Shown: in pieces, positions 42,200-56,355 of the stretch
Numbering within the stretch: the first letter of the stretch is position 1
Layout: the number at the start of each line of letters is the position of its first letter
NCBI RefSeq assembly: GCF_009914755.1
Contig: NC_060927.1
Length of the DNA stretch: 64,000 nucleotides
Source: the human T2T-CHM13v2.0 reference genome, Homo sapiens
Reading direction: 5' to 3' (one strand)
Position numbers and translations under genes: made by a program
The notes under the pieces: model-generated
The model's database searches: none
Told to the model about the DNA's origin: nothing
Seen by the model: only the letters and a program-made list of their open reading frames with translations

Positions 42200-42810
42200 T
42201 TTTAAAAAAATTGAGATGAAATTTCTACAACATAACACTGTTTAAAAGTGAGCAATTCAGTGGCATTTATGGATTCACAATGGATTTCCTATGGATTCAC
42301 AATGGAATTCCTATGGATTCACAATATTGTGCAACCACCACCTCTGTCTAGTTCCACAACATTCCTGTTACTCCAAAGGAAACCGTTTCACCCATTAACT
42401 GTCTGAATAGATTTGCCTATTTCATATAACTGGAATCACACAATATGTGACATTTCATGTAACTAGAATCATACAATATGGACATTTCATATAACTAGAA
42501 TCACACAATGTGTGACCTTTTTGATCTAGTTTCTTTCACTTAGTATAATTATTTAAAAGTCCATCCATGTTGTAGAATGTACTTCATTCCTTTTTATGGC
42601 TGAATAATATTCCATTGTAAGTACATACCACTTTTCATTTATCCACTCATCCACTGGCTGACCTTTTGGTTATCGTGAATAGTGCTGCTATGTGTTTCTG
42701 TACAAAGATTTGAGTACCTATTTTCAATTATTTTGAGTAAATATCTATGAGTATATGCCTATAGGCTAATTTGATGCTTAACTTTTTGATGAACCTACAT
42801 GCTTTTAGTT
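42200..42810 (-). mobile_element. L1MB7/8-like 3' end with two internal tandem expansions
   Basis: aattgagatgaaatt...caattcagtggcattta...ttcattcctttttatggctgaataatattccattgta. Confidence 0.85.
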
Positions 42811-42849
42811 CAGGGGTTTTCATACCTCAGCCCGACCCCACTAGACTTC

Positions 42850-43600
42850 CCAGGGCACTATGACTGCTTAGGTGGGGGTGAGAGATGGCTCCGAGGTTCT
42901 AGCTCAGGCAACTGGAGCCATGGGTGAATGGCTGTGCTGTCACTGTTGGGAGCACTCATAGATGGTGGGAGATGAGTTCCACTGGGACCTGTAGGATTTG
43001 AGGTGCCAGCTGGATGCCCACATGGATGTGGCTGGGGGAAGGGGTAGGTATGTTTATCTACAACCACAGGGAAAGGTCTGGGCTAGAGACCGAAGTGGCT
43101 CAGGATATTATATTTATGCGTCTTACTTTACTGAGCCCTTAACATTTTCCCAGGCACTGTTCTAAGCACTTTCCATTATTCAATAATCCCAACAACTCTA
43201 TAAGACTCCATGAAAATCCTCATTTTCCAGAAAGGGAAAAAAAAGTCTGGGCTCCCTCAGCACTTCTTATAGTCCACAAAGACAGAGCTCATTGGTTTTA
43301 TTGGAGTTGTGTTTCTGGCTGCGTTCCTAGAAGATGGAGCTCCTTGTGGGCAGGGACGGGGCTTTCCTCACTACTCCCCTGGGCCTGACTCAAGCCAGCA
43401 GGCTTGCCCAGCATGTGTTGAGGGTGGATGGACTTCCTGAACTAGTGCTTTACAGTGAGCAGAGAAGAGGGCCAAGAGGGACATCTTGAGAACCCCAGCA
43501 CTTAAAGGGCAAGAAGTAAAAAGCATAATCAATAAAAGAGACCAAGAAAGACTACTTGAAGGGGCAAGAGGGAACCAGAGAGAACCCAAGAGTAGATGTT
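42850..43600. mobile_element. L2 and MIR relics
   Basis: gagttccactgggacctgtaggatttgaggtgcc (L2); ccaggcactgttctaagcactt (MIR); cttgagaaccccagcacttaaagggc (L2). Confidence 0.55.
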
Positions 43601-45049
43601 TTTGGGTGAGTTAACCCATCTCCAGAACACTCTGCATATGGACATTTGGGAGGACTTCCCAGGATGACAGAGGCCTTACCAGGTGTGGCCATTACCACAA
43701 CCAGCCCTGTGCCTGAGGAAAGTGTCCAACACATATGAGCTGCGTGCATGATACATGACTGACCTCCCTGTCAAGGAGAGGGAAGCCCGAGGAGGATTGG
43801 CTGGGCTGGGCATGTTCCAGCCTCATTTCTCCTGCTTTGCCCTCTCTCTCTTGCACCCTCATTTCGCAGCGGTGGACAGCAGCCAACTCCTCCTGCAGGA
43901 AATTACCAATGGGATGTCAGATGATTACATACATAGACAGCACACTCATTTATCCCCCTTGCAAATAATTAATTACAATAATAAAAAGAAGACAGAAAAG
44001 ATGTCAGCTGTGCTCCCCTTCCCTGACACCGAGTGGGCAAAGCCAGGACAAGGGAGAGGTACAGGTGCACGGGACCAGCAATTGTAGAAGAAAAGCACCT
44101 TATCCGGGGAGAAAATTACATGAGGTCTCATTAATACCATTAAAATTCAGGGCTGACAAGTGAGGGCTCCTTGGTCATTGCCTATGGCCACACTGGACCC
44201 TGAACTGTTTGAAGCCACTGTGTCTCCTCCTCCCCCTGCTTCAGCTTGCTGGTGACCTGCTCTGCCCCACTCTCTGCCTACCGCTTCCAGGCTCTACCGC
44301 TGCCCGGGCATGATATGGGTCTGGTGGCCAGCAGCCTGGCAGAAACACAGCTGCTGAGAAGAAAGGGCCTCTGGGGAGTTCAGGCACGAAGTGGGCACGA
44401 AGGTCATAGGCAGATGGGGATCTGTGTTTTCATCTTTTTTTTTCTCTGTCCTCAAGTGTGGGTGTCTGTGCATGAGCAATTACTCGAGCCCATGATCCTG
44501 GAGAATGGTCTTTCTCACTATGTTTCTGCCTGTCTATCAGTGGGTGTCTGGCTGTCTGCCTCTGTATGGTCTTTCTAAGCTGAGCTCTATATACAGACCG
44601 TGTCTACTCGTTCTCTTTGCATCTGTCACCACTCTATTTAGAGTTTCTCCTCTATATTTATCCTAGCTCTCTTTCCCTCTTATTGTCTCCCTGCGGTCAG
44701 TGCCTGCCTCCATGGGGATTTGTCATTGACTCCTGGGCCTTCCCAGCAAGCACTATATGGGCCGAAAGTGCACAAATGCCATCCCTCTGATGGCCCACAT
44801 GCTGCAGGTCTTGTGACACATAGTGAGCTAAGGACCCTTGTTCTCCATAGACCTCTGGAGCTGGAAAACTGGCATAAAGACAGCAACAGCCACCAGGGCC
44901 AGGGCCCATCACCTAGAGCATAAGACAAGCAAGCACCTCATGATTTCCAGAGTCTTTGCTCCCCTGACTTAGCCTATCATGGTAGGAAAACATACACAGT
45001 CACATTCCAATGGTCAGGCACTAATCTCAGGCTGGGAGTTTGCAGGTAA

Positions 45050-45230
45050 GTTTTCCAGCCCATCCTCATAATGCGCCTTGGAGGTAGATAATTCTGACGC
45101 ATGCACTTTTTCAAATGAGGAAAGAAAAGTTCAGAGAGGTGGGGTAACTTACCTGAGGACACAGAGCTAGACAGAACAGAGTTCTCTAGGCTCAGCATCC
45201 ACACTCCTGACCGTTTTGCAATACTGCCTC
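45050..45230 (-). mobile_element. MIR SINE
   Basis: aaatgaggaaagaaaagttcagagaggtggggtaacttacctgaggacacagagcta. Confidence 0.75.
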
Positions 45231-46584
45231 AGTGCATAGAAGTGTGGGACACAAACATGTGTAAGCCACACACTAGTGTGTGCATCTTGTGAGTATCTGT
45301 GAGGTTTGTGCTTGCACGTGGGGGTTCTATGCATGTGTGTTGCTCTTGTGTTTTAAGATCTGGCTCCTCTTTTCAGGAAGTTCCTGTGGACAATGTACAA
45401 TGTCCCTTTATACATTGTTCAGTCTTTGCCAAAAATATGATGAAATGGCATCCCTGAGCCCAAAGGACCTTCCTGGTGAATGGCCCCTGCTGGGGTGGAG
45501 CACATTCCCTCCTGCCTTGGCTTGGCTGCATCACACACACGGTGATGGGGCTACACACACCACCAGCAGGCGAAGTGGTGCCATAGCCTCAGGGACTCTC
45601 TTCCTTGTCCTCCAATGCCCTGAGGCTGTCTGGCTAGGCCAAGCAACCATGAGAGCAGTGGGGCTAATGCTCAGAGACCCTGGGCTGCCCATATTCGCCC
45701 ACCAGGAATCTACTCAGAAGGCCAGCATTTTCTTCTGGGGTTTTGGTAGATGATGCAGCTCATCTTGTCAACACAATGGCTGCCCAGTGTGAGGAGGGTC
45801 TCCTCTTGCTTCACAACTCCCTTCCTTTATCAGACAGGAACACATGCATTGAGGGGATGCTGTCTGGGCTTATGGTGATGCTCAAGGCCTCAGGATGCCT
45901 TGCCTGATGATTTTCAAGCTGTACTTGAGACTCTCGGCTTCTCCAAGAGGTGCCTCAGTGGCTGCTCAAAACTGGGGTCAGGAGGGTGGGTGTCCGAGGG
46001 ACACTCAGAAGTTGGGAGTGTGTCTACCCTCCTCTAACTAGGGCAGCTCTGATTTTCTGTGTTCTACAAAGTGAGATTTCTTTTAAGAGTTCAGTTAGTC
46101 CAGCACCCAAATGTATGCCATACTTTTGTCTTCTTAAAAAGGGCTCCAGACGCCACGCCCCCATCTGCTCCACTCCTAACCATGACTCCTAGATAGAGAC
46201 AGGCAAGCATTTAGCTCCTTCCCCCTAGCCCAATGAGTAAATGGGAAACAGACCTCCAGAGGGCTAGGAGGGACATTTGGGGGTCTCATGGACAAGTCTA
46301 ACAGGACTTTCCCTATCTCAGCTGCACCCTGGGCTCCCTCTTCACTGCAGGTATCTTGGCCAAGACATGTGGGTCCCTGGGCAGCTGGGCTTCATGTCTT
46401 GGGGGTCCTTACTAAAGGTAGCAGTGCTAAAGCCACAGGAGTCATTAGGTCATTCTGACTTCAGAGGAAGGGTGCTGGGCCATGTTGTCTCTGAGAGCTG
46501 ATTTATGGAGGATACAGCAGGTACAAAGAAGGGAGATGGGAGCACTTCAACATTCACCTATCTGGTAGCTCCTTCCAGAGGCCA

Positions 46585-46626
46585 GAGCCCTGAACCCTGA
46601 GCCCTGAGCCCTGAGCCCTGAGCCCC
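46585..46626. repeat. (GAGCCCT)n heptamer repeat, about 6 copies
   Basis: gagccctgaaccctgagccctgagccctgagccctgagccc. Confidence 0.9.
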
Positions 46627-47713
46627 TGGAGGCCCTGGAGCTCCCAGCCAGGAGAAGGGGCAGAGCCCTGTGTTCACCCAGAGCTGACCTCTAGTGGAGA
46701 GTCTGTGAATGGCGCCACAGCTCTCAGGTGATCAGCATCTCCGATCCCAGAGAGCATCTCCAGGGGGCTCAGCTGGAGATAAGGGGTGAGTCTACCACAT
46801 TATATGCACAGGGCACTTTGGCTCTAGGGTGACTGCAAGGCTTCTCCTTGGCTGATTTGGCCTCTGAGCAGGAGAAATCACCCTACTTTGTTTGTTCATT
46901 GTGCCAGCTGCTTGAGGCTGGGGCATCTCCACACCAGAGGGCTTTCTCCAGCCTTGCTCAAGGTGCCTCTTCTGGACTGGGGCTCAGTCTCAGCTTCTTT
47001 CCCCATCCCTCTTTCAGCCTGGCTCCTTTCTGTGGAGAAGATCCTGAGAGGAACCACAACTTGGTAAGTCCCCTGCGTAGCCTGGATACCTGTTGCTAAG
47101 CAATTATAAGTTAAATACTCACCTGGTCCTCTTGAGTGTTTGATGGCAGAAAGAGCTGTGAGAACTGACTGGTGCTTTGAGTTTTCCAAAAGCAATGCTT
47201 AGGTAACCAGTGACTGATGAAACAACACAAAATAATACTCATACTTTGCCCCTGAGGGATGGTGTCAGAGGGGTTTCCACCTGGTTTGAAGAAAGGCTCA
47301 CACGGGTCCACAGCATGACCTGAGCCCCATCCAGGGGACAAGGGAAGCTTTATTTAGTCCCTGCCAGGAAGCTGGAGCCAGAGGGGCTGGAGGCAGGTTG
47401 TATAGAGGAGCTTCTGGCAGTAATTGAGCCCTTTGTGCTGGGAACTTGCCCAGCCCGAGCAGGGCACTCTCCATGTGGCACCCCAGGAACACTTCAGTAT
47501 TTTGGGTCTAAATGGCATCTTATAACAGAACTTCTGGACTTCTATGTTGTAGCCTTCCTGAGTTCAGGTTAAGATTGGAGACAATTCCCTATGGCCTTTG
47601 TGTAGAGATCATTCCCGAAGGGACTCCCCATAGAGAGCTGGGAAACTTTCATCTTAGCACTGTACTTTTGGCAAGGTGTTGGGGAGGCCCCTAAATAGTT
47701 ATGAAGGGTATCC

Positions 47714-48012
47714 TTTTTTTGAGACAGGGTCTCACTCTGTTGCCCAGGCAGGAATGCAGTGATATGATTACAGTTCAATGAAACCTCGACCTCCTGGGCT
47801 TAAGCGATTCTCCCACTTCAGCCTCCCAAGTAGCTGGGGGTAGCTAAGACTGCAGGTGTGTGCCACCACACCTGGCTAGTTTTTGTATTTTTTTTAGACA
47901 TGGGGTTTTGACATGTTGCCCAGGCTGGTCTCAAACTCCTGGGCTCAAGTGATCTGCCCACCTTGGCCTCCCAAAGTGCTAGGATTACAGGCGTGAGCCA
48001 CTGCTCCCAGCC
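47714..48012 (-). mobile_element. AluJ
   Basis: gacagggtctcactctg, ctcctgggcttaagcgat, ctcctgggctcaagtgat; partial TSD gtatcctt. Confidence 0.93.
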
Positions 48013-50155
48013 CCAAAGTATCCTTATTGACAGCCTCGTGAGGGGAGTCTAGTCCTAGGTGTGCAGGGATGGAGGGCTGCTATCTAATACATTTGAGAAA
48101 CCAGTACAGTGTGGGGTCTGGAAACCAGTCCTGCCCTGACAGGCTGAAGGTCCAGCTGAACCTGAAGAAGAGGAGACTCCAGGGATGGGGGCACCTGTCA
48201 CATCTGAAGGGCTGTCACACATCTTGTTTTTCCAGCTCCAAAAGGGAGACCAGGGCTAGTAGGAGAAACTGCTATATGGGCCCAGAATGTGTTCAACGGC
48301 AGAGAATCTTGTAGCAATCATAGACCCTGCACATGTCTGGGTCTCTGAGCCAGATGGAAATAGGGACCCAGTGGACTCCAATGTCTGTCCTGCTCTCAGG
48401 TTCTGAGCCTCTAAAGCACAGACCACCATGTTCCCATGGAGATATCAAGCAAGCAGATGCTTTCCTTTTTCATCTTTTGCATGAAGGACCAGCTGCTTAC
48501 CCACAGCCACTGATGATTCTGTGACCAGGAGGACACACAGGATGCAGCAAATGCCATCCTTAGGGCAAAACTGGATGCTAGGGAGCACCAGGGTTTGTGG
48601 CTGAGCATATCACTTCCCAGGAAAGAATCAGGGTTTTGTTAAGGAGTAAAAGGAGAATGGATAGTGGGTAGGCAACCAGCAATATTTGCCAGAGTCCTTA
48701 AAGCTTATCTTGCTCAAACTCCCATTTCACAGACAAGCACAATGAGTTACATAAATAATTTCATGGTCAAACAGTTAGACTCTGGGCTAAAACTCAGAAC
48801 TCTGGACTCTCAGGACAAGGTTGTTTTATCAATACTGCAATTCAATAATACTTATTAAATATGGACAGGATTTGATGATTGGCAGAATATTGGAGGTAGG
48901 AGTAGAAAAAGAGGAATCAAGAATTACTCCAAAATTTTCCATCCTAAAGACAGAAAAAATGTACAAAGTTAGGAAAGAGATGAGAAGTAACTGAGTTTAA
49001 GTCAGATGTGCACATGCATGTATAGGAGATTGTGGGGAGACACACTGGGAGTGAGGGGCTAGGGGCCCTTGGGGGGTGGTGCATGGTGCAGAATTGTAAC
49101 TGACGAGTCTGGTTGGAAGGCAAACCTTGGGGGTCCCCACCAAAGGTAGTGGTGCTAAAGCCATAGGAGTCATTAGGTCTGCAGGAGACAGTGTTAGGGA
49201 GGAGCAAAGTTCTGAGCACTTCCATGTGCCCCTCCGTGGAGGGGAATTTGGGGGGAATGGAAAGCAGAGAAGGTGCAGCCAGGTGGAAGGAGGGGCATCA
49301 GGATGGCAGAGATGATCTAGTGGGGAATACAGTGAAAGGTTTGGAAACCACAAAGTGTTTATCAGAATCTACTTGTTACCTCTCCTGAAAATCATCACGA
49401 TGATGTATCTAAGGTGCCCACCCTGCTTCTGATAGAACTGATAATTATTATGCCTGTTACACGCTTCTATCACATATAACCATGTATTTGAAGCCTGGCT
49501 TGTAAACGGCACAATTGCAAACTCCAAGTGTAAACTCCAGGACTGTAACAACTCTGATTGTAAGTGCCATGAGGTTAGGAACTGGGTCTCTTTTTCTCGG
49601 CTCATACAGTACATATGCAGTAAATATTCATTGAATAAATGAATGATTCGTCTTGCAATTACTTTTAGCCTCTGGACTTCTCAATGGCAGGGGCCCATGT
49701 CTTGATTTGTCAGTAGCCAACATAATGCCTGGCACAAAGACAGCCCTTAGGGTGTTGTAGTCGTTTACTGTGGCTGTTGTAACAAAAGCCCGAAAACTGG
49801 ATGGCTTTACAGCAACATTTGCTCTCTCACTGTTCTGCAGACTAGATGGTCTCAGCCGCCCAGAAGGTATGCGGGGTGGGTGTTCTTCGGTTCACACATG
49901 AGAAACCTAAGTAAGGCCTAAGGAGTGAAGCCAAGGCCACTTAGCCATTTAACATTTTGCAGGTATTTATTGATTATCTCCTGATCTAGGGCTGCTGAAT
50001 CTTTGTTCAGGGACACTTAAACTCCCCTCAGATTGGCCCTGATCTAAGATAGTCACTTCAAGTTCACACCTCAGGACCTTCCTGAGGGTTCACTTCCTAT
50101 GAGAACTGCCCTTAGCAACTTGAGTTGAGATCTGTGGGTGTCCAGAATTCATCTC

Positions 50156-50606
50156 TGTGGTACGCTAAATAATGGCCTCGCCAAAGATGTCCATATCCTA
50201 ATCCCTGGAACCTGTGCATGTGTTACCTCCCATGGTAAAAGGGACTCTGCAGATGTGATTCAGTTAATTATTGTGAGATGGTGAGATTACTCTGAATTAC
50301 CTAGGTGGTCTGATGTAATCACGAGGGTCCTTATAAAAGGGAGGCAGGAAGGTCAGACAGAAAAGATGCTAACTTGCTGGCTTTGAAAGCAGAAGAAGGG
50401 ACCAAAAGCCAGGAATGCAGGTGGCCTGTAGTCGCTGGAGAGGGCAAGGAAACAGATTCTCCCCTAGAGCCTTCAGAAGGAATGCAGCTCTGCTTACGCC
50501 TTGATTTTAGACTTCTGACTCTAGAACTGTTCAGTAACAAATCCGTGTTGTTTTAAGCCACTAAGCGTGTGGTAATTTGTTCCTGTGGCAACAGGAGACT
50601 AATATA
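50156..50606 (+). mobile_element. MaLR solo LTR (MLT1D-like)
   Basis: tgtggtacgctaaataatggcc...aaagatgtcc...cctaatccctggaacctgtg; end gactaatata; TSD atctc/gtctc. Confidence 0.9.
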
Positions 50607-51149
50607 GTCTCTGACCCTATGCCTCATTATAAGATTAGACCTTTGAGGCTAGACCTGTGACTTTTTAGGAATCAGGGCCTTCATTTGCTAGCTCATTGGC
50701 ATTTCTGCATAAACTGGTCCTGTCTTACCTTTGTCTCTGGCGTCATCACCCATTGGATTTTCCTGGCAACAGAAACCGTGCTCTTGTCTTTGGCCACCTA
50801 CAGAAGACTAATCTAGCATCCCAATAATGGGTAATTCATCCAAGTGAGCAGGAAACAGGCAGGCCCTGACTTTGACCTGTAGCACCTGGATTTTGAAACT
50901 CAAAACCAGCAAAGCCTGGCTTGTAGAGCTATGGTGTGGAAAGAACCTGGCTAAAATGGTGGCTGCTATTGGAGAAAGGAAAAACCAAGTTTTTCTGCTA
51001 AGGGGCAGGGGTCTCTGGCAGTGATGTGTAAGCATGAAAGACTTCTGGGACTAGCAACCCTTAAAGAGGAAATATGACCACAATTGCTGCATGTACTGGT
51101 ATTGATAGCAATGATGACAATAACTGTAATCTTAAAAGAAGAAGAAGAG

Positions 51150-51721
<572 letters not shown>

Positions 51722-53775
51722 AGCACTTTCTTTTATGTGGTTTCATTTTGCTACACAGTGCAGCAGGAAGGGACCTTTATCTCCATTCTTCAGATAAAGA
51801 AAATGAGGTCAAGTGATGAGGTCCAGGGAAAAGTCAGCACTATCATCCCTGTTAAATGTCTGTGTGGTGTATCCACAGACAGCATGGTCCCAAGCTAGTG
51901 TTATGGGGAAGTAAATGTGGTAGAAGAAAGGGTTACCATTTATTGAGCAATTCCTATGTGTCCCCCAGTGATGGTGTTAATGCACTATCCCTTGTGTACT
52001 CAGTCCTCATGACAATGACATGATGCTGGGACCAGAGAGGTTAAGAAACTTGGTTCAGGTTACATAGCTATAATAGTTGGTGGCCACACCAAAGCTACAA
52101 ACATTCACGTGCTCTTGGCTGGAGAGAAGCTTCATTATAGCACAATGCAAATAGCTTTCTCACCACTACTTGCAGATCTTAGGGAGACTGCTGTCCTGGG
52201 GCACCTCCGGACTTGGAGGGCACCTCTGCAGGTCCTAAGGGCTCAGGCTTGCTTAGTACCTCAGTGCCCACAGAGCACTTCCCCTGACCTCCCCACTCAG
52301 TTGTCACACCAGGACTCTTTCAGGTATTCAGGTTTAATCCTCTGGTATGACTAAAACATGTTGCTCAAAAGACATTTGTTAAAAAAAAAAAAAAGAAAGG
52401 CTGAGGAATCTTTTTTGCTGTTAGATGATATATTCTAGGACAAAACCACTTCAGCTTTGTGTCTGAGGAAGAACCTGGAAGCAATTTCCATTGTCACTGG
52501 GGTGATTCCTCTGCACATCCACTGTTCTATTTCATTTAAATGCTCAGATGCCCCTACTCCCTGAGCCTGCAAGCTTCCCTTGGCCAGCTACAAAGCTCTG
52601 CCCATTTGTTCTCCCAACATGGTCCCCTAATTAAATCTTCAGGGTTTTTAATTTTCATGCACATGAATATGTAAAATGAAGGCGCCTGAGAGAGAACCTG
52701 GTGTGGAACAAGGCCTGCTGCAGCTCAGAGGGCAAGGTCAGGACTTGGACTCCCTCCAGGAGAAAGGCATGCGTGGAGCCCCGGACACCGCCTTGGCATT
52801 GTGCAGCCCTCGGTCTGAGCATTCAGGGAGGATGCCTGTGAGCAGGTGTCCCCTGGCATCACCTGAAAGCCGAGGGAAGAAAAACTCATTTTATCCAGGA
52901 GAGTAAGGAGGAAAATTATTGTTTTTGCTGACACGGCCAACAGCAAAGGCACTGCCTCCACTCTCCACCCTGGGCAATGAGGAGTGAGAGTGCACTGGGA
53001 TGGCTCTATGACAGCTTTTTCAGCACTCTGTCCACCTAGCCCTGGTACAGTACTTCAGATTTGTCTAGGAAATTCACAACAAAATTTGTAAATCAATCTC
53101 TCTCTCTCTCTCTCTCTCCCCACTGAATGTCAATCTCAAGAGAGGAGAGCCCTTCACTTCTTCTCCTCCTCTGTCTCCCAAGTGGATAGGCTGCTGGGGA
53201 GGTTTGTCTGAAGCCTCCAGCCACTAAACCTGAAAGCAAACAGAACCTTAAGGATTTTCTTTCCACCTTTTACCCACAACACTGGACTTCATTTACTCTA
53301 GCTGCTCCTTCTTCTTCCTGCAGGAGCAAAAACTTTCAGCAGTTCTTATCCTGAGATTTAACAGAGTCACCACATTTTGTAGCTTGTTGGGCAGAATGAG
53401 AGGTAAGAAACCTTGACATCAATCCCTCAGCTATATATAGTGTCTGATGTGTGAGACCAGCAGACACATCAATGCCAGCACAGTGAAGGTCTTTGCCTAC
53501 ATGATGATTAATATGGCCATGAAGATAGGCCTAGACTATAGGTTCAGACTCTAAAATATCAGTCAGCCGAAAGGTAGTCAGCCTGAGAGAGGAAAAGTGC
53601 GTGCCTTCCTAGTGGGCCACCCTGGAATGGGCTTCGCTGAGGGTGAATATTGTATGAAGTGTGAGAATTTCTCCCCTTCACTGTGGAGATGTACCACTTT
53701 CTGGGGCGGTGTATCAGGTAACATTGCACTTTCATCCCCCAGATGCCAAAAGTCCATGTGAGTGGGGCTGGGGGA

Positions 53776-54181
53776 CATTATGGGTTGAATTGTACCCTCT
53801 AAAATTCGTATGTTGAAGTCCTAACATCTGGTACTTCAGAACATGACCGTATTTCAGGATAGGTCTTTACAAAGGTATTCAAGTTAAAATGAGTTCACTA
53901 GTAAGAGTCCTACTCCAGTATGACTGCTGTCCTCATAAGAAGGGGAAATTTGGACACACAGATCTACACAGAGGGAAGACTACACAAGGGCATAGGGAGA
54001 AGACAGCCATTTGCAAGTCAAGGAGAGAGGCCTGAAACAGATCCTTTCCTCACAGGAGAAACCAGCCCCACTAACACCTCGATTTCAGATGTCTAGCCTC
54101 CAGAACTGCCAGACAAATTTCTGTTGGTTAAGCCACCCACTTTGTGGCACTTCGTTACAGCAGTTCTGGCAAATGAATACC
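53776..54181 (+). mobile_element. MaLR solo LTR (MLT1A0-like)
   Basis: tatgggttgaattgtaccctc...tatgttgaagtcctaac; gcaagtcaaggagagaggcct; end gcaaatgaatac. Confidence 0.88.
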
Positions 54182-54431
54182 AGGGACTCCTTTAGCCAAA
54201 AGCCCCCACAGAAACAAAAAACAACAAAACAAACGAACGAACAACCAAACACACCTCTAGCTAAAATTTCATGACTTGATGAATAAGTAGAGATGAAAAG
54301 TTTCTTCCAGGGGACCCAGAAAGCTCATCATTCAACTTCTAGGGCCTGCGATGGTAACACTTCGAACTGTGAATAAGAAGGCAGAGACAGTTTGCCAAAG
54401 CAAATCAGAGGGCAGGAGTAGTGGCATCATA

Positions 54432-54693
54432 TTTTTTTTTTTCTCTCTCTTTTTTTTAAATTATACTTTAAGTTTTAGGGTACATATACATAACGTGCAG
54501 CTTAGTTACATATGTATACATGTGCTCTGTTGGTGTGCTGCACCCAGTAACTCGTCATTTAACATTAGGTATATCTCCAAATGCTATCCCTCCCCGCTCC
54601 CTCCACCCCACAACAGGCCCCAGTGTGTGATGTTCCCCTTCCTGTGTCCATGTATTCTCATTGTTCAATTCCCACCTATGAGGGAATTGAACA
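54432..54693 (-). mobile_element. L1PA (about PA4/5) 3' end, about 250 bp, with 12-bp inverted duplication at its 5' junction
   Basis: ttatactttaagttttagggtacat...ttcaattcccacctatgag then ggaattgaaca. Confidence 0.93.
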
Positions 54694-56355
54694 TTATTTT
54701 TTAAAAGTAATCAGCAAAGCTCATTAAAAATCGTGGCTTGTCTGTGGTTCAGGGCTATGTTACGGAATGTCGAATCTGCTTTTCTCTTATGAAATAGGAT
54801 TCAGGACACGCCAGCACTATATAATCTAAGAGGCAGGAGAAGATCAGTACATCTCACATTTATTAGGTGCCTATAGGGATAAATACTTTCTTATCTTGTT
54901 TAATTCCCCAGGCAACCCTGCCCAGTACATGTTTTCATCCTTGATTTAAGATATCATGGAGAATCAGAGGGCTTGAGTAACTCATCCAAGTTTACCCAGT
55001 TCGCTGTGTTTTGGAGGAATATTCCTCCAATGCACGTATTCTTTCCAGGACCATAAATTTCCTCCAGATCAAGGGTCTTCATTAGATATCTGAGATGTTG
55101 ACCTTGGTGTCCCCCACTCTGACCTTTGGCCTGATTTAGGATAAGCACTTATTTTAAATAACACTTAGTTCTTAGTGATTCAGTGAATGCTCTTCAGGCT
55201 CCATGTGGCAATTCTGCCAGAATTGAGAGTGAGTAGCCTCTCCACTACTCACTGCTCATTTCCCAGCATACCACCTCAAAGGGCAGAAGGAGGAGCAGCA
55301 AGTACTCTGGATTGATGCCTCCCCTTTATACTCCCTGGGTCATAAGGATAGTCCAAGGCTAGCTTTGTTTACTGGGTAGAATATATTCTGTTGGCATGAA
55401 GAATTTCTAAGAGCAAACTGTACAAGACATGGGCAATTTAGAAGCATATGGTAGAACTATAGGCTGTAGCTTGTCATGGTTTAGCAAACAAGTTTAGTTT
55501 CATATTTCCAGTTTGCCTCAATGCCAAGTAGCTACATGAGTCCTCACATTCCTAGTCTTTAAAGAAAATGAGTACTTTCTGGTGGGATTTTGGGGACCAG
55601 CTCCCAAGTTCAGGTTGGGTTTGCCCTTTCCAAAGCCTTCCGAGGCATTCTTGTTCTGCTCCCACTGGACTTCAGCCCCAGGGTCCTTTTATCCTGGCTT
55701 TATAGAGAATATGTGACAATAGACAGTTCTTTGCCTCACAGTGTAGCACTAACTTGTGTTTTTCTCCCAGGTTTAATTTTTTTTAAAATAATTCTGACCC
55801 TTGTTGTGGGTTCCCATCCTGTCGTAGCCCCTCCCCTGAAGACCTGAGACACCTGTATCCACTCGGTCATCAGTTCTGCTGCATTTGCCTCTCACACCCA
55901 GATGATGTTTCATTGATCACAATGGGGCAGTACATAGACTTTGGAAAGAGCTTGCTCACTGGACCCTGCCGGTGAATTGACACCTTCCCCATCGCAATGC
56001 TTCTTATGCTAGTCACCAAATTAACTTTCGGCTCATCTGGTTTTCCCTATTTTCACTTTTCAATTTTGTCTTCAAATTATTCACCTGACAGAGTAATTGT
56101 CTCTCCTCCAAACTCTCATCTGCAGTGACATCTTCATCCTTGGAGCTCTGTTTTATAAATATCCATTTGGAGAATAAACTGAGCTTGACTACTTTGAGGT
56201 TACAGCCCCCAGGAGAGTAAACCATCCCCAAGACCTCTGTTAGCATACTTCTAGCAGTTTTCACGTATCATTGACTTCACCAATACCAGAGAGTCCTATT
56301 ACTTTCAGAATCCTTTAACGTTTTCACTCCTTTGAGGTCTCATTATATGACAGTA

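Noticed and set aside
42268-42516. Short direct repeats that might suggest a CRISPR-like array
   Set aside because: Head-to-tail units with no unique spacers, inside an L1 in primate DNA
45280-45753. 157-aa ORF in non-repeat DNA
   Set aside because: GTG start, no recognisable homology or supporting splice structure
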